Assembly (NCBI GenBank): GCA_035575715.1
Contig: DATLXN010000045.1
Location: 74,523 to 138,522, forward strand
Source of the DNA: Vicinamibacterales bacterium
GTDB lineage: Bacteria > Acidobacteriota > Vicinamibacteria > Vicinamibacterales > UBA2999
Reading direction: 5' to 3'
DNA: 64,000 nucleotides
Shown: positions 11,301 to 20,166 of the stretch, in pieces
Layout: every line of letters starts with the position of its first letter
How positions within the stretch are numbered: the stretch's first letter is position 1
Translations under genes and position numbers: made by a program
Notes under the pieces: generated by a model
The model's database searches: none
What the model was told of the DNA's origin: nothing
Seen by the model: only the letters and a program-made list of their open reading frames with translations

Positions 11301-11742
11301 CTTCGGCATGGACATCGTCGATACGCGCGCGCGCTTGGCGGCATATCACCAGGTCGAGAACACCTATCTCTCGACGTTCCAATCGCTCGGCGCCCTCGGA
11401 CTGCTGCTCGGGACGCTGGGCCTCGCCGCGGTCCTTGCGCGCAATGTGCTCGAACGCCGGCGAGAATTGGGGCTGCTCGGAGCGGTTGGTTTCACCAACC
11501 GTCACCTGCGCACGATGATCGCCAGCGAAAGCATTTTGCTAGTTGCGACGGGGTTGGTCATCGGGAGCGCCGCGGCTATCCTGGCAGTGGCGCCGGCGGT
11601 CATCCAGCGCAGTAATGCATTGCCCTGGGCAAGTCTCGCGCTGCTGTTGCTGGCGGTCTTGATCACCGGCGTCCTGGCATCTCTCGCCGCAGTGCGTTTG
11701 GCCACCGCGACACCGGTGGTTGCTGCGATCAAGGGGGAGTAA
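8347..11742 (+). CDS. Large ABC transporter permease with two FtsX-type membrane modules
   Basis: ATG 8347 overlaps the ATPase stop (ATGA). N-terminal TM (ALVICGIAIAVAVLAG). Two FtsX-like 3-4 TM blocks, near aa 520-650 and at the C-terminus. The ORF-track start 7969 is rejected because it is an Arg/Pro-rich read-through of the ATPase gene. Confidence 0.85.
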   Translation: MNGLVAASLRHFRALHALVICGIAIAVAVLAGALLVGASVRGSLRDLALARLGATELVATSPTFFRDALAQELTGGDIQAVAPLVAMTGTVTHDDSGRIASHVQVFGIDDRFLAFHGRPAGAPSSRDSWISPALATELGADADDNVMLRIAKPSDVPLSTLQGRREDVSERVRLTVGRVVDRAALGEFSLLPSQGPALTMFVALSRLQQDLDAEGRVNVLLLRMAAPAADPRDDLRAAQEALSRRATLDDLGLKVRRDGRGATVILESRSGLLPDSAVASAVHAATQIGRPATGVLTYLANAIRANGREIPYSLIAAIDLPGPPLGTEVGVRAPSGTEVGEESPVSPSRGTEVGVRVPVGTEVGAGGGERPILLNAWAAEDLGVTAGDRIDVDYFLWTDSAGLQTRSTSFTYAGVVPMTGPGGDATLTPEYPGITDAADVTNWDPPFPVDMRRVRKTDEDYWDTWRAAPKAFIPLAVGQQLWASPFGKLSSLRTHATEAWPAAGAFDIASLLPIRPVRAEAMAAAAGTTDFGEYFVYFSFFLVVSALLLAGMFFALTVEQRARELGLLIAVGFTPRDVRRTLLREAAVLITIGSTLGVAGAIGYAALIVYGLGTWWVGAVGTTALRVHIDPMLLGAGVLGAALAAAIALTLSMRRLAKRTTRALLTAGFESSHEASPRVSRRIAAAALALSLLLMALAGSGMASQVAAFFGAGALLLVAGCAVFAAWLRSRAAPTEQPSMIRFGAAYARWRPARSVLSTALIAFACFVIVSVGAFRRDPAAEQLTRDGGTGGFLLMGESVAPLLHNPNTPGGRDELLLGGYPLLEQTSIARWRLRPGDEASCLTLYQPANPRIVAPEDAFLQQGRFSFAGSVAETPEERANPWLLLNRQFADGAVAAIADQTSLTYVFHLKVGDDLVLPADNGPPIRLRIVATLADSVLQSELIIGEGPFIRLFPHHEGYRLWLIEGPEAQAPALTALLEDSLSDFGMDIVDTRARLAAYHQVENTYLSTFQSLGALGLLLGTLGLAAVLARNVLERRRELGLLGAVGFTNRHLRTMIASESILLVATGLVIGSAAAILAVAPAVIQRSNALPWASLALLLLAVLITGVLASLAAVRLATATPVVAAIKGE
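9321..9437 (+). repeat. Four in-frame copies of GGGGACGGAGGTCGG (peptide GTEVG) inside the permease gene
   Basis: Copies at 9321, 9351, 9393 and 9423 (spacing 30/42/30 nt). Translation: GTEVGVRAPSGTEVGEESPVSPSRGTEVGVRVPVGTEVGAGGG. Confidence 0.85.
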
Positions 11743-11770
11743 GTGCTGAGTGCTAAGTGCTAAGTGTCAA
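11743..11770. repeat. Tandem heptamer array GTGCTGA/GTGCTAA/GTGCTAA/GTGTCAA
   Basis: Begins 1 nt after the TAA 11740..11742. It fills the spacer up to the convergent stop at 11774. Confidence 0.8.
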
Positions 11771-11773
11771 GGG

Positions 11774-12310
11774 TTACGGAGTGGCGAGGTTCTGCGTCTT
11801 CAGGAAGTCGATCAGGATCTGCTGCTCCTGTGTCCAGGTCCGCCGCTCGCGCACGTCATCGATCACAAACGTATAGCCGGACTTGTTCAGGTCGACGTTG
11901 TCGCCGTGGCGATCGACGCAGAAGCGGCCGCTGATGATTTTCTCGAAGACGTCGGCAAACGCGGTGATCCGGGTGTAGTCGCCGATCACGCACGCTTCGA
12001 TCCGCGCGCCTTTCTCGATCAGACAGTTCCGCCCGATCACTGTCGGCCCGATGACCGTGGCGCCCGGTTCAATGCGCGATCCTGACCCGACGTAGACCGG
12101 CCCTTGCACGTCACACTTGGTGAGATCGAGATCGAGATTGATGCCGCCCCAGATGTTGGGGAAAATTTCCTTCCCGGGCATCTCGATCTTGAACTCGCCG
12201 CGCAGGATCATCTGCGTCGCCTGCCAGTAGTCTGACGTCCGGCCGATGTCGATCCACGAGAACGGGATATTGAAGCCGTAGAACGAATTCGCGATGCATT
12301 TCTCGCATGT
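11774..12310 (-). pseudogene. 3' remnant of a sugar-phosphate nucleotidyltransferase (left-handed beta-helix C-terminal part only)
   Basis: ORF 11774..12211 reads as hexapeptide-repeat LbH. The same frame stays open upstream (CEKCIANSFYGFNIPFSWIDIGRTSDYWQATQ-MILRGEF), matching the W.DIG...DY hinge of these enzymes. There is no start codon and no ~230-aa N-terminal catalytic domain. A stand-alone 145-aa protein from ATG 12211 cannot be excluded. Confidence 0.5.
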
Positions 12311-12313
12311 CTT

Positions 12314-13174
12314 GTGGTTCCTCCTCGTCGTCCAGGGATGGTTGAGCCGATGAGACGGGAGCCTTGGTCGCCGCTGACTGTCATTGCGGTGACCTTCATG
12401 GCACTGGCGCTTACGGTTGTCGCGGTAATCGTGGCAGCCGGTCGGCCGCGCCGGCCGGCGTTGCCGTTGCCGTTAGGAGTGGTTGAAGCCGGTCAGGTCG
12501 TTCGCAACCCGGTCGGACGGGTCATGGCCTATGACGTGCGGGCGGTCGAACCTGGCGTGCTCTATCGCGGAAGCGGGTTTCCCTACAACGCCGGGCCACG
12601 CCTCGCTGACGACCCGGTCGACATCCTGCCGACGATGAATGACGAGACGGTGTTCAACCACTTGCGGGCGTTGAATGTCCGCCACGTCTTCGCGTTACAG
12701 GAAAGCGCGGAAGACTATTATTCGGAGCAGGGCTATTTCGACTTCTGGGCCCGACAAACCGGCTATCGCATCACCAGCACCTGGTTGCCGGTGATCGATA
12801 GCAGCACGTTTGGCCGCGACGACCGCAGCAGCCTTCATGCTGCCGCCGAAGTCATCGCCCAGATACAACACCGCTCCAGCCAGGATGGCGCGGTGTGGAT
12901 TCATGACGATACCCGCGGCAACGATGCGACCGGGATTGTGGTGGCGGGCTACGAGACCTGGCGCAATTGGGGCTTGACCGATGCCGCTCAGCTGTGGCTG
13001 CAAGTGCAGCAGCGCTACCTTGCCAGCAACCTCAGCCTGTCGGATCCGGCGATCGCGCCGGCGGCAGGCGGTGGGCATGTCTGCGCCGATCCTCAGAGCC
13101 CTGTCCCATCACTGGTCTGTGGCGAGTGGCTGGAGGGGCTGCGGGAGGCGATCTTTACCATGGCCCGGTTTTAG
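12314..13174 (+). CDS. Membrane-anchored hypothetical protein, possibly a PTP-like fold with substituted active site
   Basis: N-terminal TM (LTVIAVTFMALALTVVAVIVAAG). VWIHDDTRGNDATGIVVAGY resembles the HC..GKDRTG P-loop of the tyrosine-phosphatase family, with Asp for Cys and Ala for Arg. The start (GTG 12314, ATG 12338 or ATG 12350) is uncertain. Confidence 0.45.
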   Translation: MVPPRRPGMVEPMRREPWSPLTVIAVTFMALALTVVAVIVAAGRPRRPALPLPLGVVEAGQVVRNPVGRVMAYDVRAVEPGVLYRGSGFPYNAGPRLADDPVDILPTMNDETVFNHLRALNVRHVFALQESAEDYYSEQGYFDFWARQTGYRITSTWLPVIDSSTFGRDDRSSLHAAAEVIAQIQHRSSQDGAVWIHDDTRGNDATGIVVAGYETWRNWGLTDAAQLWLQVQQRYLASNLSLSDPAIAPAAGGGHVCADPQSPVPSLVCGEWLEGLREAIFTMARF

Positions 13175-13292
13175 GCAAGGCGTTACCACCCGATGCGGGC
13201 ATACTTCGTGCTTCAAGGCGGTCGCAAACATCGAACTTTGTAATGGATATAGGAAAGGGAGCGCTATGACATCTCAAATGCAGGAGAGGCAC

Positions 13293-14112
13293 ATGATCTC
13301 CACGCGAAGGATCACCCTCAGCCTGGCACTGCTGACCTTGGTTGCGACCACCGCCCTGGCACAGACGCCGGTGGATACCAATGCCGCCTCAACGTCCGGG
13401 CAATCCCCGACGACTCAGCCCATTAGTGGAACTGTTAGGCCTGCCTATTTCGCGCTCATCGGCGGATTCGAAGGCGATACACATTCGACCGGGTACGCTT
13501 TTCTCGGTCCCTCGTATGTCCGGCCGCTGTCGCCAGGTCTTGCCTTCACCGCGCGGGTATTTGCCAACTACCTGTTCTACGAATTCGACGATGGCTTAGG
13601 CGGCACCAAAGTCAGGTCGCCTGGGATCAGCACCGCCGCCGGCCTTCGTTTTGGTGAGAAGAACTGGTTCTCGGTCCAGGCGGGCCCCAAGTGTCAAGTT
13701 CCGGACGGAAACGATGACTCGCGGCTCTGGCGAAATCGAGGAGTCGGAGACGCGTATCGGCGTCAGCATCGGCGCCGACGCGTATATCAACCCGACCTCG
13801 CACAATAACATTCACGCGATGGTTAACTACGGCACTGAGGATCAATACCTCTGGAGCCGTGTCGCGTTCAAAGAGCAAATCACCAACCTCAATTGGAGCG
13901 GTAAGATCACCAACTTCGTTGGCGCTGAAGTCATCCCGCAGGGCAACGACCAGATCCGTTCAATCCTGATTGGCGGGCTGTTCGAGACGGTTTTCGTGCC
14001 CTCGAGTTTCTCGTTTGTGGTCCGTGGCGGTTACAAGCGCTCGACTTTTGACGTCGGCGAACCGCGAACCGGGCCGTATTTTGGCGTCGGTATCTACCGC
14101 CAGTTCAGGTAA
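13293..14112 (+). pseudogene. Outer-membrane beta-barrel protein, disrupted by a +1 frameshift near 13685..13690
   Basis: Signal peptide MISTRRITLSLALLTLVATTALAQ with GGAGAG upstream. Alternating beta-strand pattern. The frame switches at the CCCCAA run (..FSVQAGP | SVKFRTETM..). The C-terminus ends ...GVGIYRQF. ATG 13266 is an alternative start. Confidence 0.65.
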
Positions 14113-14953
14113 TGCCGCGATCGCAGCGTTCCGAGGTCGGCGGGGAGCGATTCGAGGGAGATGTGGACACAGAGGTAAACGGTAGTCAGACGGTGGACGG
14201 GAATCGAGCGGACGACCGTGCCAGTACGGGCATCCGCGGGCTTGATGACATTCTCGAAGGCGGCTTCCCGGCCAACCGCTGCATCCTGCTCAGCGGCGAA
14301 CCGGGGACCGGCAAGAGTATTTTTGGCCTGCAGTTCCTCGCCGCGGGCATTGCCGTCGGGCAACCTGGCGTCTGCGTCAGCGTTGACCAGAAACCACAGC
14401 ACCTGCTCAATGACGCCTCGCGATTCGGCTGGAACCTGGACGCAGCCGTGTCGGTCGGCATGTTGACCGTGCTCGACGCGTCACCGTATTTCACGGCAAC
14501 CCGCAACAAGACCAAGAATGCCGTGCCGATCGATGCTCGCAGTATTGCGACCGACTTGAGCAATCAGGTGCGTCGCATTGGCGCCAAGCGATTGGTGATC
14601 GATTCCCTCACCTCGCTGGTGCCACCAGACATGTCACGCTCCGAGGCGCACGACTATCTGCGCTCGGTGGTCCTGTCGCTCGAAGACAACATGGGCTGCA
14701 CGGTCCTGCTGACGTCGCGTGCCGGCTCTCCGGGCGATCCCCAAGCGCTCTGCGAGGCCGGGAGTATCTGGTGTCGGGCATCATCGAGTTTAAGGTACGC
14801 AAGGCGGGTTGGTCGTTTGTCCGCACGCTGTTCGTCAAGAAAATGCGCGGCACGGCGATCGAGCCGGAAGAGTATTCGTTTCAAATCGACGCAAAAGGCG
14901 GCCTCTACGTGCTCGAACGCACGCGTAGCATGGCGCCACCGTCGGCCGGATAG
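14112..14953 (+). pseudogene. KaiC/RecA-superfamily single-domain ATPase, disrupted by a 1-nt deletion near 14760..14762
   Basis: GIRGLDDILEGGFPANRCILLSGEPGTGKSIFGLQFL (Walker A) and KRLVIDSL (Walker B-like). After ..ALCEAG the homologous text continues in another frame (EYLVSGIIEFKVRK...LFVKKMRGTAIEPEEYSFQIDAKGGLYV). The start overlaps the OMP stop (TAATG). Confidence 0.7.
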
Positions 14954-15045
14954 CGATTCGGCGTCACGCGATCGGCGAGCGGCCATCCGGGGTTTCGTCA
15001 TGGTCGGCGTGATAGCCATGCGCTGAATGCTGGTAGCCTTTGTCC

Positions 15046-16314
15046 ATGCGCAAGGCCGCTTTTTCTCTGATCGTCACCGTCATCGCCTCCGCCGCGCTGT
15101 CAGCCAACTGGCCGGCGTGGCGCGGGCCGTCGGGCGACGGCGTCAGCAGCGAAAAGAACCTCCCCGTCAAGTGGAGCCCCACCGAGAACATCGCGTGGAA
15201 GCTGGCGTTACCACAGTGGAGCGGCGCGACGCCGGTCATCTGGGGCAACACCGTCTTCCTCAACGTCGCGGAAGCGGATGGCGATCAGTTGTCGCTGTGG
15301 GCAGTCAGCCGAACCAATGGCGACATCCTGTGGAAGAAGCTCCTCAGCACCGGCAACAACAAGCAACGCAAGCAGAACATGTCCTCGCCCTCACCGGTCA
15401 CCGATGGCACGACGGTGTGGGTGGTGACCGGTACCGGCATCCTCAAAGCGTTCGATTTCAAGGGCGCAGAGTTGTGGACGCGCGACATCCAGAAGGATTA
15501 CGGGCGCTTCGGCCTGAACTGGGGCTACGCCAACTCGCCGCTGCTGCACGACGGGGATTTGTTCGTGCCGGTGCTGCACGGCATGAAGACCGACGACCCG
15601 TCGTACATGCTGCGCATCGACGGCAAGAGCGGCAAGACGGAGTGGAAAGTCGAGCGGCCGAACACCGCCATTCGCGAGTCGCCGGACGCCTACATCACCC
15701 CTGCGCTCGCCCGCGTCGGCAAGGGCTTCGAAATCATTCTCAATGGCGCCGATGTGGTCACTGGTCACGATCCGGCGACAGGCAAAGAACTCTGGCGCGC
15801 CAACGGCCTCAATCCCGACAACGATCCGTCTTACCGTATCGTCGCCTCGCCGGTCACATTTGGCGATATCGTCATTGCGCCGACGCGGGAGCGGCCGATG
15901 CTGGTGCTGACCGCCGGTGGACGAGGCGACGTTACGACATCGCACAAGCTGTGGTCGTTCCAGAATGGCCCGGACGTGCCGACGCCAGTTACCGACGGCA
16001 CGTATGTCTACGTCGTCAACGATCGCGGCATCGCGTATTGTCTCGAGTTGAAAACCGGTAAACCGGTGTACGGCCCGGAACGCCTGGAGCCGGGCACCTA
16101 CAGCGCCTCGCCGGTGTTAGCCGACGGCAAGATCTACATCACCAACGAAGATGGCGTTGCGTCGGTCTATCGCGCGGGGCCAACGTTCGAGCTGCTGGCC
16201 GAGAACAAGATGGATGACTACACGCTCAGCTCGATCGCGGTGAAGGAGGGGCAACTCTTTCTGCGCACCGCCGGGTGGTTGTGGGTGATCGGTCAGCGGA
16301 AGGCCGCGCATTAA
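15046..16314 (+). CDS. PQQ-like beta-propeller repeat protein, secreted
   Basis: Signal peptide. NWPAWRGP..G motif. Repeated W...G/A.P blades, the same family as 50514, 62389 and 63519. Confidence 0.85.
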   Translation: MRKAAFSLIVTVIASAALSANWPAWRGPSGDGVSSEKNLPVKWSPTENIAWKLALPQWSGATPVIWGNTVFLNVAEADGDQLSLWAVSRTNGDILWKKLLSTGNNKQRKQNMSSPSPVTDGTTVWVVTGTGILKAFDFKGAELWTRDIQKDYGRFGLNWGYANSPLLHDGDLFVPVLHGMKTDDPSYMLRIDGKSGKTEWKVERPNTAIRESPDAYITPALARVGKGFEIILNGADVVTGHDPATGKELWRANGLNPDNDPSYRIVASPVTFGDIVIAPTRERPMLVLTAGGRGDVTTSHKLWSFQNGPDVPTPVTDGTYVYVVNDRGIAYCLELKTGKPVYGPERLEPGTYSASPVLADGKIYITNEDGVASVYRAGPTFELLAENKMDDYTLSSIAVKEGQLFLRTAGWLWVIGQRKAAH

Positions 16315-16360
16315 TCGATTCGAAAGTCATCGCTGTCGAACTGCATTCTCGCATTCGCCA

Positions 16361-16384
16361 CAGAGACACAGAGACACAGCGATT
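16361..16384. repeat. Octamer array CAGAGACA x2 plus a degenerate unit (complement of the CTCTGTGN family)
   Basis: Read directly (cagagaca cagagaca cagcgatt), in the spacer after stop 16314. Confidence 0.55.
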
Positions 16385-16408
16385 CCGTTGGTTCCGAGGA
16401 GCAGATAA

Positions 16409-16858
16409 ATGTCGTGGATTGTGTTCGTCGCCGGCGCGGTGTTGTCGTGGGGACTGTACGGGGCTTCCCTCCACCGTGGGCAGGTCGCTCTCGGTAACCC
16501 GCTGAAGGCGTTGTTGTGCGTCGGCATCGCCTACATGCTGATCGCGGTGTTCGTGCCGGTCGGTACGCTGGCCGCACAGGGCGAGTTGCGCGGATTCAAT
16601 CCGATGGGGGCGATGACGGCGACGATTGCGGGTGCGCTTGGCGCGCTTGGCGCGGTCTGCATCATCTTCGCGTTCCGGGCCGGTGCATCGCCGCTCTACG
16701 TCATGCCGCTGGTGTTCGGCGGCGCGCCTCTGGTGAATGTGCTGGCGACAATGGTGATCCATCCGCCGAAGACCACACCGAATCCGTTGCTGTACCTGGG
16801 GTTTTTAATGGCTGCGGCCGGCGCCGGGATGGTCCTCTACTACCGGCCGCAGAGCTGA
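16409..16858 (+). CDS. Small integral membrane protein (4-5 TM), function unknown
   Basis: 149 aa, uniformly hydrophobic helices, Gly/Ala-rich. No recognisable motif. Confidence 0.6.
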   Translation: MSWIVFVAGAVLSWGLYGASLHRGQVALGNPLKALLCVGIAYMLIAVFVPVGTLAAQGELRGFNPMGAMTATIAGALGALGAVCIIFAFRAGASPLYVMPLVFGGAPLVNVLATMVIHPPKTTPNPLLYLGFLMAAAGAGMVLYYRPQS

Positions 16859-16866
16859 TGCTGCCG

Positions 16867-16892
16867 AGACACGGAGGGTTCGCTCCGTGTCT
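16867..16892 (+). terminator. Hairpin: 10-bp perfect stem AGACACGGAG/CTCCGTGTCT, loop GGTTCG
   Basis: Starts 9 nt after the TGA at 16856..16858. Followed by TC only, so the U-tract is weak. Confidence 0.45.
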
Positions 16893-16894
16893 TC

Positions 16895-16942
16895 GCCCAC
16901 CGGCCCACCGGCCCACCCGCCTACTCGCCTACCCGCCTACCC
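16895..16942. repeat. Tandem octamer array GCCCACCG x2, GCCCACCC, GCCTACTC, GCCTACCC x2
   Basis: Read directly. It lies between convergent stops 16858 and 16950. Confidence 0.85.
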
Positions 16943-16949
16943 GCCCGTT

Positions 16950-19900
16950 TCAGAATCGCACTCGCACCCCCAACTGAATCTGCCGCGCCGAGGTAATGGT
17001 GTTGCGGATCCGCCCGAAGCTGGCCAATGGCGCTTCGACGTCTGCTGTCCCCGCAAACGCCGTCAACTGCGGCGTGCCGAAGTTGGCGCGGTTGAAGATG
17101 TTGAAGGCTTCGACGCGCAGCTCGAGCCGTCCGGCTGGCCCGAAGGCTCCCCACGCCGAGTCCTTTACTAACGACAAATCGAACCTGCGCAGGTCGGGGC
17201 CGATGAAATCGCCACGCCCGGTGTCGCCGAAGGTGCCGGCAGCGGGAATGGCGAAGGCGGCGGGATTGAACCATGCCGCCGGGTTGCCGGTGACCGCCTC
17301 ATCTGGTCCAAAGCCAGGCGCGTAGCTTGCCCGATCGCGCCCGATCCCCGGACCGAGCGACGGCTGCCATAGTGAACGCGACCGGTTGTTCTGAACGAAG
17401 ACCGTCAACGGGTTGCCGGTGCGCACGTTGATGATCCCGGACAGCCGCCAGCCGTCGAGAATCGCGCCCGCGGCACCGCTCATGGCGCGGGCGAAAGGTA
17501 CGTCGTAACTGAAGTTCACGACCCAGTTGTGCGCGGCATGGAAGTCCGACAGGCCCTTGTTGTAGCCGGCGATAAATTCAGGAAAGGCCGATGTCGTCCC
17601 ATTGGTCGCGTCGGAAAAGAACGTCGACGCCTGCGTTGTGTCCTCGGCCTTGGACCAGGTGTAGGCCGACTGGAACATGAAACCCTTTGACCACCGGCGC
17701 CGCGCTTCGATAATCAACGCGCGATACCAGGAGTCGCCGTCCGATGTCTTGGTCTCGATCGTCGTCCACGCCGTGTTCATGCGCGGGCCGCCAACCGGAA
17801 AGAAGGGCAACCCGTCGGCACCGGTCACCGGCACCGCCGTGTTCGCGTCGTTACTGCGCAGCAGATGATGGCCGCGCGCCCCCGCGTAGCCCACCACGAT
17901 CGCGGTGTTGGCGAAGATTTCGCGCTGCAGACTGACATTCCACACGTCAATGCGCGGCGTCTCGACATCCCATTGCACCGGGCGAATCGATAAACCTGAC
18001 GTCCGATCGAACGGTGCGTTAGGGAACGTCGGATTGGCGAACACCACGCGGGGTGTCGCTGGCGGATTGGTCACTGTGACGATCAGGTTTTGCGAGCTGT
18101 TGGTGTTGAAATACATCCCGTAGCCGCCACGCAGCGACGTCAGACCATCACCGGTGATGTTCCAGGCGAAGCCGGCCCGCGGTGAGACGTTGTTTGTGTC
18201 GGGGCCTTCATAGAGTTGGCCTAGCGTCGCGGTCCGGTCGGTCAGATTGATCAGCGCAGAGTCGCGGCCGGCAATGTCGCGCGGCATGGTCATCACTTCA
18301 TAACGAAGACCAGCGTTCAGCGTCAGACGGTCGCCGAGCGCAAACTCGTCCTGCGCGTAGCCGCCGAGAATCCAGAAGCGCCAGTCGCGCGCGAACTCCG
18401 CCTGCGGCGTCAGGCCGATAAAACTGGTGGCGCGGTTCTCGAGAAAGGCACGCAGGTTGGCAAAGGTGTAGGTGCCCAGGCTGAAGGTCGGATTGACCAT
18501 GTCCTGGTGATAGCGCTCGGCCAACCCCCCGAACTTGAACAAATGACGACCGGCACTACGGGTAATGTCGCCTTGCACGCTGAGGACCTGCTGCAGCAGT
18601 TTCAATCCGACCGAACTCTGCGTGCCGAACCGCTGCAAACCGCCGACGTCGATGTTCCCGACCAAGGTGCGACCGGGTATGAACGGTGATAACGGCGACG
18701 AGGTATTGGCCTGGACCTCCTGCCCGACTCGCGTGCGGCTGTAACCGAAGCGATAGGTGCCGAGGGTGGTCGCCGACAACGCCTGGCGATACTCGCCAGT
18801 AAAAAACTGATTGCGCGACACGAACGACCGCGGAAACTGTGGGTAGTCGGTCGGCAGCAACTGATCTGCATCGTCGATGGTGTAGCGGGCGAACATCTGG
18901 TGGCCCGGGCCGACGTTGTAATCGATGCGGCCTTGGCCGAAGTGCTGAGCGAGCGTCTGTTCGAACTGGAAACTGTGCAGTGCGGTGCCGTCCCCCAGGA
19001 CTCGGCCATTGCCTCGCGGGTACTCGAGAAGGTACGGCGCGACACCGGCGTTCACGCCAACGTTCAGAAGTGCGCCAGGGGTGGCCGGGTCGGGGATCAG
19101 GCCGAGACGCGCGTTGTCGTCGGGGACGCTCGAGATGATCGTCCGGCCAAGATGTTCGCGCAGCGATTCGTAGCCGGCAAAGAAGAACAACGCGTCGGTC
19201 CGGATCGGCCCTCCCACCGCGCCGCCGAACTGATTGCGCGTAAACGGCGGTTTGCCGGCGACGTCGAAGTAATTCTTGGCATCGAGCGCATCGTTGCGAT
19301 GGAATTCGTAGCCACTGCCGTGCAGGTCATTGGTCCCGGCTTTGGTCAGCACATTGATCTGACCGCCGCTCATCCGGCCAAACTCGGCGCCGTAGGCGTT
19401 GGTCTCGACGCGAAACTCCTGCACCGTCTCCATGCCCAGCGCCGTCCCCGCGGCACTGCCGGCCGGGCCGTTGGTCATGTCATTGAGCAGCGTGCCGTCG
19501 AGCAAGTAGACGTTCGAACGCGGGTCCTGCCCGTTGACGCTCATCCCGAGCCCGTGCGCGACGACCGACCCGCCGTCACGATGCGGGTAGGCGACAACGC
19601 TCGGCTGCAACAGCGCGAGGTCGGTATAGTTGCGGCCGTTCAGCGGCAACTCCTCGATCGACCGTTCATCAACGAGGTAACTCATCTCGCCGCTGCGCGT
19701 ATTGATCACCGGCACTTCGGCGACGATGGTCACCGTCTCGGAGACTCCGCCGACGGTCATCGCGAGATCGACGACGGCGGTCTGCGCGATGGTCAACGTG
19801 ACGCCTTGCCGGACCAGCGGGCGGAAGCCGCTCAACTCGGCGCGGATTTCATAGGAGCCCGGCGACAACGACGCGATCGTGTAACGGCCGTCGATGCCCG

Positions 19901-20090
19901 ACACCGCCGACCGCTGCAACCCGGTCTCGACCTGTCGCGCACTGATGACGACACCGGGCAGCATGCCGCCGCTACTGTCAAGCACGCGACCGGCCAGTGT
20001 GGCGGTGGTCTGCGCCACGGCCCTGGAGGGGCTGGCCAGCGGCAGCGCGAGAAGAATGACCAACCAGGCACATGCTCGACGGAGTTTCAT
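16950..20090 (-). CDS. TonB-dependent receptor with N-terminal CarboxypepD_reg-like domain
   Basis: Signal peptide. GRVLDSSGGMLPGVVISARQVETG...YTIASLSPGSYEIRAELSGF (Cna-B/CarboxypepD_reg). Plug and 22-strand barrel length (1046 aa). Terminal ...GVRVRF. Confidence 0.9.
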   Translation of the reverse strand: MKLRRACAWLVILLALPLASPSRAVAQTTATLAGRVLDSSGGMLPGVVISARQVETGLQRSAVSGIDGRYTIASLSPGSYEIRAELSGFRPLVRQGVTLTIAQTAVVDLAMTVGGVSETVTIVAEVPVINTRSGEMSYLVDERSIEELPLNGRNYTDLALLQPSVVAYPHRDGGSVVAHGLGMSVNGQDPRSNVYLLDGTLLNDMTNGPAGSAAGTALGMETVQEFRVETNAYGAEFGRMSGGQINVLTKAGTNDLHGSGYEFHRNDALDAKNYFDVAGKPPFTRNQFGGAVGGPIRTDALFFFAGYESLREHLGRTIISSVPDDNARLGLIPDPATPGALLNVGVNAGVAPYLLEYPRGNGRVLGDGTALHSFQFEQTLAQHFGQGRIDYNVGPGHQMFARYTIDDADQLLPTDYPQFPRSFVSRNQFFTGEYRQALSATTLGTYRFGYSRTRVGQEVQANTSSPLSPFIPGRTLVGNIDVGGLQRFGTQSSVGLKLLQQVLSVQGDITRSAGRHLFKFGGLAERYHQDMVNPTFSLGTYTFANLRAFLENRATSFIGLTPQAEFARDWRFWILGGYAQDEFALGDRLTLNAGLRYEVMTMPRDIAGRDSALINLTDRTATLGQLYEGPDTNNVSPRAGFAWNITGDGLTSLRGGYGMYFNTNSSQNLIVTVTNPPATPRVVFANPTFPNAPFDRTSGLSIRPVQWDVETPRIDVWNVSLQREIFANTAIVVGYAGARGHHLLRSNDANTAVPVTGADGLPFFPVGGPRMNTAWTTIETKTSDGDSWYRALIIEARRRWSKGFMFQSAYTWSKAEDTTQASTFFSDATNGTTSAFPEFIAGYNKGLSDFHAAHNWVVNFSYDVPFARAMSGAAGAILDGWRLSGIINVRTGNPLTVFVQNNRSRSLWQPSLGPGIGRDRASYAPGFGPDEAVTGNPAAWFNPAAFAIPAAGTFGDTGRGDFIGPDLRRFDLSLVKDSAWGAFGPAGRLELRVEAFNIFNRANFGTPQLTAFAGTADVEAPLASFGRIRNTITSARQIQLGVRVRF

Positions 20091-20166
20091 AGGGCTTCCC
20101 GTATACTACGCGCGCTTACCGCTCGACGTTTCGTTGACCGCGGCCGACAACTCCGATTAGACGCAT

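Noticed and set aside
12208-12399. 63-aa and 65-aa minus-strand ORFs upstream of the LbH fragment as a possible missing N-terminus
   Set aside because: They are in different frames, are Arg/Ser/Thr-rich and have no nucleotidyltransferase G-x-G-x-R-L motif. The catalytic domain is genuinely absent.
14754-14770. Programmed -1 ribosomal frameshift in the KaiC-like gene
   Set aside because: There is no X-XXY-YYZ slippery heptamer and no obvious downstream structure. The neighbouring coupled gene also carries a simple indel, so decay is more parsimonious.
15027-16061. 344-aa plus-strand ORF in another frame of the PQQ-propeller gene
   Set aside because: Arg/His-rich alternative frame. The 15046..16314 frame carries the signal peptide and blades.
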